From: Azolla caroliniana
Lineage: Eukaryota; Plantae; Polypodiophyta
Assembly: GCA_043228905.1 (NCBI GenBank)
Contig: JBHGNT010000317.1
Location: 1 to 35,336, forward strand
Length of the DNA: 35,336 bases
Reading direction: 5' to 3'
Shown: piece after piece, positions 12,717 through 21,733 of the stretch
How the letters are laid out: the number at the start of each line of letters is the position of its first letter
Numbering within the stretch: position 1 is the stretch's first letter
Position numbers and translations under genes: made by a program
Notes under the pieces: model-generated
Seen by the model: the letters and a program-made list of their open reading frames with translations, nothing else
Told to the model about the DNA's origin: nothing
The model's database searches: none

Positions 12717-13307
12717 ATGTCTTCAAGAAGGAAACCAGTGTTGTTCCTCCCCTGCCTCAGAGCCAAGCTGGTGGCAAACCTCAAATTTTTCAATAACCAT
12801 AGCTTGTATGAATCTGACTTCAACAACATCAACAATAATAACAACAACATGAGAAGCTTAAGTAGATCAACAATCTATAGAAAGGTGAGAAATTTTGGTA
12901 GCTCCAATTCATATACCAAATTGCGAAATCGAAATCGAAATCGAGGCGATGATGATGATGATGATGATGATGATGAAGAAGAGAGTAAGGAGCAAAGATT
13001 TGATGGTACCAAATCAAGCAATATAAAAAAGAATGGATCGACAAACATAGCGCCATCGTCATCATCAAGGATGAGTAATGCTATAAGGAGAAGGGTCAGG
13101 AAGAGGAGGAGATTCCGCGGAATCTCGTATTATGCCAAGCTCAAGTGGATTTCCCCCATATGGATTCTACAAAGGCTGAAGTCTATCTATGGAAGCTTCT
13201 TCTTTGTTGATGGAGCCTCCTCTGCTTCTACTCCCATGCTTATGATGGGTTTACATTTATCAATTCCTCAACATTTCCCTACATCCTCCTTACATGCCAT
13301 ACTGTAG
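12717..13307 (+). CDS. Single-exon uncharacterised basic, low-complexity plant protein (true start may be the ATG at 12849)
   Basis: Uninterrupted 196-codon ORF with in-frame poly-N and poly-D tracts. A basic RRRVRKRRRFR patch is followed by KLKWISPIWILQRLKSIY, which resembles small plant-specific uncharacterised proteins. A GC-box and CCAAT lie at ~12267-12289. Confidence 0.6.
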   Translation: MSSRRKPVLFLPCLRAKLVANLKFFNNHSLYESDFNNINNNNNNMRSLSRSTIYRKVRNFGSSNSYTKLRNRNRNRGDDDDDDDDDEEESKEQRFDGTKSSNIKKNGSTNIAPSSSSRMSNAIRRRVRKRRRFRGISYYAKLKWISPIWILQRLKSIYGSFFFVDGASSASTPMLMMGLHLSIPQHFPTSSLHAIL

Positions 13308-14082
13308 GCATTTCACTAGCAAAATCCTCACCGCCAAGGTCTTCTTTTTTTTATGTACATGTATTCTGCCTTTCTTATTCTAATCTTTTTAACTCTTATT
13401 GGTATTGGTGAGCTAAGATAGCCATTATAATCCATAACTCTTATTGCTCTTCCCTAGAGTAGAGCTCGCGGTAAATCGGAGCATAGTATTGAAATCTCAC
13501 AGATGTATAATGGCAAGAGCATCGCTTCGAAAGCACGCATATGCAGATGTAAATTGGTAATTGAATCAAAATAGGTCAGGAGTATCTTGAATCCTCATAA
13601 TTCAGTTGTCGGTAGCAATTTCTTATATTCAATTTAAATCGGTGCTTCATTTTCTTGCCCATATATATAGATCAGTGTTTTCGAACAGTTTTTAACATTG
13701 TTTACGGCAATAACGCTCATCTATTAATTTCAATCGTTGGCCTTGCCATACACATCACAACTGCAATTGTGCACATAATCACATTGAAGATTATGGCACA
13801 GATGGTGATTGAAAAAAGCTGATCATGTTACCACAAGAATGCTGCATCCAAGGGTCATCAAACAAATCATACAATAGCACCTTGGATATCAATCAAATCA
13901 TTATAAAATATGCTCTTTATCATCTGTAAAATTAAATAGTCCACGTTTTGCAACATTTGAAGGTTACTACAAGAACTCATTCAAAAACTGCAAAATTTTA
14001 AATGGAAAAAATAATATTCCATACACAAAAAACTGTGATTTATATGACTGAACACATTTCAAAAGACTCTGGGTAAACATAC

Positions 14083-14323
14083 TATGGTAAACGAGAAATA
14101 GAAAGAGAGGGAGAAAGGGAGAGAGAGAAAGAGAGGGAGAAAGAATGTTTTTATGATAATGTGTGTTTGTCTCTCTCTCTACAACCAACCAACCGACCAC
14201 AGAGAGAGAATGTGGTGGTTATAGGTGCACCCTATTTTTGGGGTGCACCTTTTCATATCATAAGGTTACGTTTTGTATTTACTTTCTTATTTACTTATTT
14301 ACACTAATTAGTTTATTACAACA
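14083..14323 (-). repeat. 3' LTR of the intact copia
   Basis: Direct repeat of 19069-19309, adjacent to the PPT. Confidence 0.97.
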
Positions 14324-14335
14324 CCCCCCCATAAA

Positions 14336-17300
14336 CTAATTAGTTGTGAACCGTTGTAATCCTAAATTTTCACAACAAGTTTCAAATTTGTCCGGAGGGA
14401 GAGCCTTTGTTAGAAAATCAGCCCACATATGATTTGTTGATGTAAACTCTAATGTAAGCTTGTTTTCTTCGGCTAACTCTCGTATAAAGTGATATTTTAA
14501 ATCCACATGTTTTGTTTTCTCTGAGTGCTTTGGATTCTTCGTTAAGTAGATGCATGATATATTGTCGCAGAAGATTTTCAATTGGAGTGGTCCACATAGT
14601 TGGAGTTCTTTTATCACTGTTTGCAACCATAATCCTTCTTTAGCAGCCAATGCCACTGCTACGAACTCAGCTTCAGCAGATGAGAGTGTCACAGATTCTT
14701 GTTTTTTCGATTGCCACGTCACTGCTGCTCCTGCCATTATAAAAGAAAAACCAGCAGTAGATCTACGAGAATCAATGTCCCCCCCCCAATCCGAATCAGA
14801 CCAACCAACAAGTGATTTGATTGGTCTTTCGGATTGGGATCGTTTATATGTTAATCCATAGTTAGATGTGTGTTTTAAATATCGCATAACTCGTTGAAGT
14901 GATTTCCAATGCATAAGACCAGGGTTATGCATAAAGCGTGAAAGATAGTTAATTGCAAAACAAAGGTCAGGACGAGTCCCTGTGACTAAATATCGAAGTT
15001 TTCCTATTAATTGTTTAAAAGGAAATTGTTGCATAAAATTAATATCTCTTTTTGTGGTTGGACTATCAGATATGCTTAAGTTACATGTTAATGATAAGGG
15101 AGTAGTGCAAGGTTTAATGTTTAGCATTCCGAAGGATTTCAAAATTTCATTAATGAATTTATTTTGATGAATGATCAAGGTGCCCATACTACGATTACGC
15201 GTAACTTGCATGCCTAGGAAATAAGATAGGGGACCTAAATCTGTTATTGAAAATGCTTTGGAAAGCTCTAGCTTTGCTTGAGTAATTTCAGATGGTGTTC
15301 CGACTATAGGAATGTCATCAACATATAATGCTACCACTAACAACCGATTAGATGAATGATTATGTCTAATGTATATATTTGGTTCTGATAACAATCTAGA
15401 ATAGCCATGTGAGAGCATAAAATTGTTAAATTTTTGAAACCATAACCTAGGAGATTGTTTGAGTCCATAAAGTGATCGATGTAATCGACACACATAGTTT
15501 GGTTGAGATTGTGACTCAAACCCAGGAGGTTGGGACATGTAGATTTCCTCAGGTAAATCACCATGTAGAAATGCCGTTTGTACATCCAAATGATGTACTT
15601 CGAGATCAAGAATGGTGGCTAGAGCCATTAGGAGCCGAAAAGATGCCATACGGAGGACGGGTGAAAAAGTCTCAGAATAGTCAAGTCCTTCAACTTGAGA
15701 AAAACCACGAGCTACAAGTCGAGCTTTGTAACGTGCAACAGTACCATCAGGGTTTAGTTTTTTCTTCAACACCCATTTGCATGAAATAGGTGAGCGTCCC
15801 ATTGGGAGTGGTACTAGAGTCCATGTTTTATTGGCCTCAAGAGATTCAAGTTCTTTTGCCATGGCGGCTTGCCATTCTACACGATCTGGACTTTGCAATG
15901 CCTCATTGATAGTTAAGGGATCATCAGAGACGTCTGATGTGGTTGTCGGGGAACCAAGAGCCGAAAAAGCAAACTCAGGTTCAAATCGATGGTCCGCAAC
16001 AAGGGCATCAATTTTTTGTGTGTGATCATAAAGATCTTGAATAGTACGAACTTTCTTTGGAGTCGATGTAGGGCTAAGTGAACTAGGTGATTTCGCATTG
16101 TCACAACAATTTTTATCTTCTACATGTTGACTATTAGTGGGATATGAGGTATTTCTACATCCTATTTTAATTACTTTTGCATCATTGTGACCATTGGTTT
16201 TCCCCTTACCATTAAGGCGTGAGGATCTTCGTAGTGGGATCAAGAGATTTTGAATAGGATGGGAACCTGAATAATCAATGTGAGTTAATTGTGTTCTATC
16301 TAAAGGCTTTTCCTTATGAGTGCTAAATTGTTTATTAAGCCTTTGTTTAGTTTGCGTAGAGTTAGTGTTTAAAATTGGAGTATGTACATCAGTTTGTTGT
16401 GATTGTTTGGTTATTAGGGGCAATAAGTTGGAGTCATTGGTTGAAACTGGGACTTCTAGGCGAACCTCTAGAGATGAATGCATTAGTGGAGGAGGGTTAA
16501 TTGGCATATGGTCAAGTGTGACTTGTTGAATTTCCGAGGACATTTGTGGAGCCCGCCAAGAATTAGTAGGTGATGATATTATTTCTTTATTAGATTCAAT
16601 GTTAGACATGGTAGTCTCATCTTGTATCTTTTCATGGCCATGATGTGGGTGAGGATTAGATATTAGCTTATCTTCATCAAATATCACTCGTCGACTAAAT
16701 ATAAATCTTTTGGATTTTGGGTCATATAATCGATAACCCTTATAGCCATGAGGTTCGCCATACCCAACAAATATTGTGCGAACTGCGTGATTATCTAATT
16801 TTGATCGAGTTTCTAAGGGTACGAGTGCATATGATGGACATCCAAAGATTCTTAGATTTTCATAATTTGGATTTTTTCCAAACCACAAGGAAAATGGAGT
16901 TGTCCTAATTGATCGACTATATGTTCTATTGAATATATAACAAGCGGTTGAAACGGCCTCTTCCCAATATGTTCGGGGAAGGTTTGCAATGGCGAGCATG
17001 CTACGAGTGGCGTCCATATACAACCGGTTTCGCCGTTCAGCCCTTGAATTGTGTTGGGGTGTATATGGGATGGTAAACCGTTGTTGAATCCCATGGTTTT
17101 GGCAATAAGTTTGGAAGTTTTGGGACTTGAATTCTCCACCATTGTCTGATTGTAGTACTTTAAGGGGTAAATCTTGTTGATTTGTTACAAGTTTGTGGTA
17201 GGCTTTAAATTTCTCAAGGACTTGATCACTACATTTTGTCTTGAGAAACGTGACCATCGTGAACCGAGTAAAGTCATCGATAAATGTTAGGAAATATACA

Positions 17301-18976
17301 TTTCCAGATAGGGATGGGGTAGACAAAGGACCACATATATCCGTATGTACTAGTTGGAGGGGTTTGGTGGTCGTTGTAGGATGGGATGGAAATGGCGAGT
17401 TAGAAAGTTTTCCAAATATACACCCTTCGCAAAGGGATAATTTCGATTTACGAGGAAGAGTAAAGCCAATTGCTATATGTTGTCGGGCCATGTGAACCAT
17501 TGTTTGATGGTTTAAGTGACCTAATCGATAGTGCCATAATAAGGTCATATAGTTTGATGTGTTTGAATCATCTATGTGGTGTGCTTCTTCAGCAGGTACC
17601 ACAGAGCGGCCTAGAAGGTAAAGACATCCTTGTCTTGGACAATTGACGACATAGCCTCGTCCAGAGGGTGTCTTATGACGAATGATACAATATTTGTGAT
17701 AAAACTCGACGGATGTATTATCATTCGTGAGTTTATTGACAGATATCAAGTTTTTGGCTATGTTAGGTATATAGTAAACTTCATTGATTTCAATGAAGTT
17801 CCCATCAGAAAGTTCAAGATGAGCAGTCCCATGTCCAAGGGCATATTCAACCCCATTGTTCCCAAATCTAACCGGGAAAGGATGTTCTAAGGCCTTATAG
17901 TCTTTGAGCCATTCAACTCTTGAGGTGAGATGACATGTGGCACCTGTATCAAGAATCCACGTTGAAGTGGGAGAATTGTTAAATGAAGTGAGGGCCATGA
18001 AGGCAATGAAAGAATCTTCATTATCTTCATCGGAATTTTGGTCATTATCACATATGTGATTATTTGGATCGTAGTCATCATGAGATGCATTATAAGATTG
18101 GTCTTCTTTATATGTTCTTTTCCCGTTGTTAGAATTCCTATAACAATCTTTCGTTTCATGTCCGCTCCTTTGACAATTTTTACAAAAGGATCTAAGGAAC
18201 CTAGATTTGTTATGATTCCTTGAATCGTTAAATTTAGAGGTTCGTGAATAAAATTTGGAGTTATTAGGTTGGTATGTTGATTTAGGTTTATTGTAAGGTT
18301 TTTTATTGTAATTTGGATGTTTGATATAAAGTGCGGTGTGAGATGAGGAGGGTTGATTTATTGCCCTACGAAGTATGTTTTCTTGTGAGATTGATGCAAC
18401 TAATGTTGGGACACTAATGTTGGCGGATGTGGATTTTGTACTTATAAATGGTTGCCATGATGGGGGTAGGGCGGCTAACAAGAGGGCAGATTGAACGGAA
18501 CTTGGCAAACTAAGTCCTGAAAGGATTACATCATCAAGTCGAAGTCTCCAATTTTTAACGAATGTATCAACATCATCATTTTCATTCATATTCATATTTA
18601 TTAATGTTTTTAAATTTGCAACTTGGGACGTAACGTCCGTATGGAGGTAATCAGCCTCTAATCTATCCCATATTTGTTTGGAGGTAGTCAAGGTTCTCAC
18701 ACTTTGCTTAAGTGTGTCCTCCATATGAAGGAGAAGTTCTAAGCGAGCGTTTAAATCACGTCGCTTCCATGTTTGCACACCAAGTGCATTTGTGGGGTCG
18801 GGGCACACGTCGGTTCCATCGACGATTTTTAACAAGTCATGTTGTTCTAATATAATTTCCATGGTCATACGCCATGGTTGATAATTTTTATCATTCAATT
18901 TTTCAATATGATAAGTGCGAGACGATACCTGGGCGGCATTTGCCGCCACATTTGCTATCACTCCACCGTTTGACAT
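14336..18976 (-). CDS. Copia Gag-Pol polyprotein, 1546 aa
   Basis: Gag KLNDKNYQPW, zinc knuckle CKNCQRSGHETKDC, protease WILDTGAT, LWHYRLGH..CEGC, integrase HTDICGP/SDNGGEF/RAER, GYKGY, RT YKARLVARGF/LDVQTAFL/SLYGLKQSPR/LYVDD and RNase H SDSDW/EAEF/CDN. Confidence 0.98.
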   Translation of the reverse strand: MSNGGVIANVAANAAQVSSRTYHIEKLNDKNYQPWRMTMEIILEQHDLLKIVDGTDVCPDPTNALGVQTWKRRDLNARLELLLHMEDTLKQSVRTLTTSKQIWDRLEADYLHTDVTSQVANLKTLINMNMNENDDVDTFVKNWRLRLDDVILSGLSLPSSVQSALLLAALPPSWQPFISTKSTSANISVPTLVASISQENILRRAINQPSSSHTALYIKHPNYNKKPYNKPKSTYQPNNSKFYSRTSKFNDSRNHNKSRFLRSFCKNCQRSGHETKDCYRNSNNGKRTYKEDQSYNASHDDYDPNNHICDNDQNSDEDNEDSFIAFMALTSFNNSPTSTWILDTGATCHLTSRVEWLKDYKALEHPFPVRFGNNGVEYALGHGTAHLELSDGNFIEINEVYYIPNIAKNLISVNKLTNDNTSVEFYHKYCIIRHKTPSGRGYVVNCPRQGCLYLLGRSVVPAEEAHHIDDSNTSNYMTLLWHYRLGHLNHQTMVHMARQHIAIGFTLPRKSKLSLCEGCIFGKLSNSPFPSHPTTTTKPLQLVHTDICGPLSTPSLSGNVYFLTFIDDFTRFTMVTFLKTKCSDQVLEKFKAYHKLVTNQQDLPLKVLQSDNGGEFKSQNFQTYCQNHGIQQRFTIPYTPQHNSRAERRNRLYMDATRSMLAIANLPRTYWEEAVSTACYIFNRTYSRSIRTTPFSLWFGKNPNYENLRIFGCPSYALVPLETRSKLDNHAVRTIFVGYGEPHGYKGYRLYDPKSKRFIFSRRVIFDEDKLISNPHPHHGHEKIQDETTMSNIESNKEIISSPTNSWRAPQMSSEIQQVTLDHMPINPPPLMHSSLEVRLEVPVSTNDSNLLPLITKQSQQTDVHTPILNTNSTQTKQRLNKQFSTHKEKPLDRTQLTHIDYSGSHPIQNLLIPLRRSSRLNGKGKTNGHNDAKVIKIGCRNTSYPTNSQHVEDKNCCDNAKSPSSLSPTSTPKKVRTIQDLYDHTQKIDALVADHRFEPEFAFSALGSPTTTSDVSDDPLTINEALQSPDRVEWQAAMAKELESLEANKTWTLVPLPMGRSPISCKWVLKKKLNPDGTVARYKARLVARGFSQVEGLDYSETFSPVLRMASFRLLMALATILDLEVHHLDVQTAFLHGDLPEEIYMSQPPGFESQSQPNYVCRLHRSLYGLKQSPRLWFQKFNNFMLSHGYSRLLSEPNIYIRHNHSSNRLLVVALYVDDIPIVGTPSEITQAKLELSKAFSITDLGPLSYFLGMQVTRNRSMGTLIIHQNKFINEILKSFGMLNIKPCTTPLSLTCNLSISDSPTTKRDINFMQQFPFKQLIGKLRYLVTGTRPDLCFAINYLSRFMHNPGLMHWKSLQRVMRYLKHTSNYGLTYKRSQSERPIKSLVGWSDSDWGGDIDSRRSTAGFSFIMAGAAVTWQSKKQESVTLSSAEAEFVAVALAAKEGLWLQTVIKELQLCGPLQLKIFCDNISCIYLTKNPKHSEKTKHVDLKYHFIRELAEENKLTLEFTSTNHMWADFLTKALPPDKFETCCENLGLQRFTTN

Positions 18977-19068
18977 GGTCGAAAGTCGTTTCTTTAATTC
19001 GCACGTTCGTTATTAACACCGCGACACAAATCTTGGTGGGGTTGGACTCCTTCACCGCTCTGATACCA

Positions 19069-19309
19069 TATGGTAAACGAGAAATAGAAAGAGAGGGAGA
19101 AAGGGAGAGAGAGAAAGAGAGGGAGAAAGAATGTTTTTATGATAATGTGTGTTTGTCTCTCTCTCTACAACCAACCAACCGACCACAGAGAGAGAATGTG
19201 GTGGTTATAGGTGCACCCTATTTTTGGGGTGCACCTTTTCATATCATAAGGTTACGTTTTGTATTTACTTTCTTATTTACTTATTTACACTAATTAGTTT
19301 ATTACAACA
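19069..19309 (-). repeat. 5' LTR of the intact copia
   Basis: Direct repeat of 14083-14323, adjacent to the PBS. Confidence 0.97.
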
Positions 19310-20153
19310 CATACTGCTCGTGTCCAGTAGTTCAATTTCAGATGAAAAACAAGTGTAACAAAATGCCAAATAATAAGTATCTCTAAAGCACATTACTCTT
19401 TGGCTTAATGCTCCTAACGACAATGAAAGGTTGATGCAATAAATTATGAATGTTACATGATATCATTTGCTATAGAAAGGATACAGCAAGGATGTAACAT
19501 TATAGCACCATTAGAAAGGGCAAATGTAGTCAACATAGTTAACTTCAAAACCACAGAAGCTCTAGACCTTTGACTCTCCATGTGTGCTTGTTCCGGAATA
19601 TGCTTCCATTCTACAAATTTACTTCGTTCCAAAAGCTCCAGCTCTTGAAAATACTTCCTCATGGAACCTTATATGTAGTCTGCAAAAGGAATATTCTTAT
19701 TAACTCCATTCCCCAGCTTTTTTATTCTACAATATCCTCATCCATGATCTTGCTGGTTACATTGCTTTCTTCTCACTATTTCTTACTTGTTTAAATAAAA
19801 TCTGATGTGCACTAATAGAAACTGAAAAAGGTATAAAAAACCATTATCGTTGCTAATATCGTCTCAGACTGAGATTTCTTGCTTTCCTTCTAAACCAGCT
19901 TGTCGGATAGAGCTTTCTTCAAATTGTTGGCCTATTGATACAACAAAGTAGTTTTCAGCAAACACAAAGTCTTAACTAACAAAAAGATATAAAAAAGGGA
20001 GATAGAGATATACTCGGTTATCTAATTCAATGATGACATGATGGCATTCATCATGGTCTGCTTTGCATTCCTCTTCTCTTCTTTTCAAGGCTTCAAGATC
20101 TTACGATGCAACATAACAATATTGCATCTGTTTTTTAGCATGTTTTGTATGTT

Positions 20154-20503
20154 CTCGCTTACCCGCCTCTAAGCGGCGTGTAGCACATTCATTCCATCTA
20201 TGATTTGATGGAACTTCAAGGCCAAGATATTTGAAGCTTTCCACACATTCAAGTGGCTCATTGTTGTACATAATGCATGGTTTATCTCTTTTTTTGCTCT
20301 TCACAAGCATAATCTTTGTTTTAGAGCTATTGACACTTCATTTAGTATGCATGCAAAAAATTTCCAATGCTTTTATAAGCTTTTGTGCATCTCCTAAATT
20401 ATTTGCAAAAAGCACTACATCCACATATAGCAAAAGCATAATCACAACATTCCCAATGACAACTTCTTCAACACATTCTTCCTTTGCAAACTTGGTAACC
20501 ATT
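20154..20503 (-). mobile_element. Internal RT fragment of the same LINE family as 5053-8768
   Basis: The reverse complement aligns with ~7399-7751 (KRDKPC..YNNEPLECVESFKYLGLE..EAGKR). YADD has decayed to YVD-. Confidence 0.93.
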
Positions 20504-20772
20504 ACTTCCTAAACCCTAAACTTGGAAAAATGTAAGAAATGGTCATCAAGGATACAATCCCGCCATGAAGTATGGCAAAACAAATAATTTGCTTGTGTAC
20601 ATAGAAAACCGAGAAGAAATATTATAAATGATGTCTCTTCTCTCTTCTTCTATAGGAAAAAATGAATGAAGTATATACTTGACTATTCCAAAACCTTTTA
20701 TGGATGTATATCAACATTCCACTAAATGAGAACAAACATTCTATTGCCAATCGAATGTTTCTTAGTAACATG

Positions 20773-21733
20773 CATAGATTGACCCATGCGTGAAATTCGT
20801 AATATTCGACATCCGTAAAATTCGAGAATACAAAATGACCCCAAGAATATTACAGAACCATTCGTTTATTTATTTATTATTTAAAATAATAATTTTATAT
20901 ATTATATATATAAATATTATTAGTCTAAGGTCCCCTTTTTAATGTCAAGAGAGTAAAAAGCGAGGAATTAATGAACCTTTTATTTATTTATTAAAAATAA
21001 AACAAATACTTTAAAGTTTTTCATCTATTATAATTTATAAGAATATTATTAGTGTGAGGTCCCCTTTTTAATGTGAGATAAAAATATAAAATTTTGTGAG
21101 AACCTTTTATTTATTCTATTTATTGTACTTATATTTTATTTATTTTTTGTTTTATTAAAAATTAAAACATATACATCTAAGTTTGATAAATATTATTAGT
21201 GTGAGTTCCCCTTTTTAATGTGAAAAAAAAATATGAAATTTATGGGAACCTTTTATTTAGTTAATTTATTTACATTTATTTATTTATTTTTCGTTTTATT
21301 AAAAAATAAAACAAATACATTTAAGTTTTATATATATTATAAAAATATTATTAGTACGAGGTTCCCTTTTAATAACAGATAAAAATATAAAATTTTGTGG
21401 GAGAGTAAAGTGGGAAATTAATGAACCTTTTATTTATTATTTATTATTATTTTATATTTATTAAAAATAAAACAAATACTTTTAAGTTTTAAGTTTTCTA
21501 TTTATTATATAAAAATATTATTTAATGTAAGCCTCCTTTTTAATGTCAAGTTAAATATCCCATATTTAATGTGAAAGTCTCTTTGTTATATGATATATAT
21601 ATATATATTAGAAACTAAAAAGTAGGAACTCTTTTTTTTACTTTTTTTAAACGAATATTTTTTCATGTATTCTTATGCGTATTCGTATGTTTTCGTATGG
21701 TAACCCCCACGAATGCGAATATGTCAATCTATG
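20773..21733. mobile_element. Non-autonomous hAT-type element (MITE), 961 bp
   Basis: Perfect 11-bp TIR CATAGATTGAC/GTCAATCTATG and perfect 8-bp TSD GTAACATG (20765-20772 and 21734-21741). The interior is AT-rich with tandem units. Confidence 0.92.

Larger units (their letters stand above)
14083..19309 (-). mobile_element. Intact full-length Ty1/copia LTR retrotransposon
   Basis: Two 241-bp LTRs (19069-19309 and 14083-14323), identical by eye. tRNA-iMet PBS TGGTATCAGAGC at 19057-19068, PPT G7 at 14324-14330, TSD CATAC at 14078-14082 and 19310-19314, and one unbroken ORF. Confidence 0.98.
13548..20146 (-). pseudogene. NUF2: Partial degenerate duplicate of the NUF2 3' exons and 3' flank, split by the copia insertion
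   Basis: 13548-14082 plus 19310-20146 align colinearly with 31850-33196. The exon copies carry stops (TAA 20101-20103, TAG ~19891), a small deletion, a lost GT donor (~19847) and a 4-nt insertion in the last exon (~19672). Confidence 0.88.

Noticed and set aside
12514-12852. Poly-CV and poly-HT ORFs
   Set aside because: Translations of the (TG)n microsatellite.
18874-19358. Antisense 139-aa and 69-aa ORFs over the copia 5' LTR
   Set aside because: Low-complexity GA-rich LTR translation with no motifs.
19453-19662. MRKYFQELELLE ORF as a terminal exon with a hydrophobic tail
   Set aside because: The paralog has a TGA in this frame. The phase-0 frame TIRFHEEVF..* fits NUF2 and the splice phase better.
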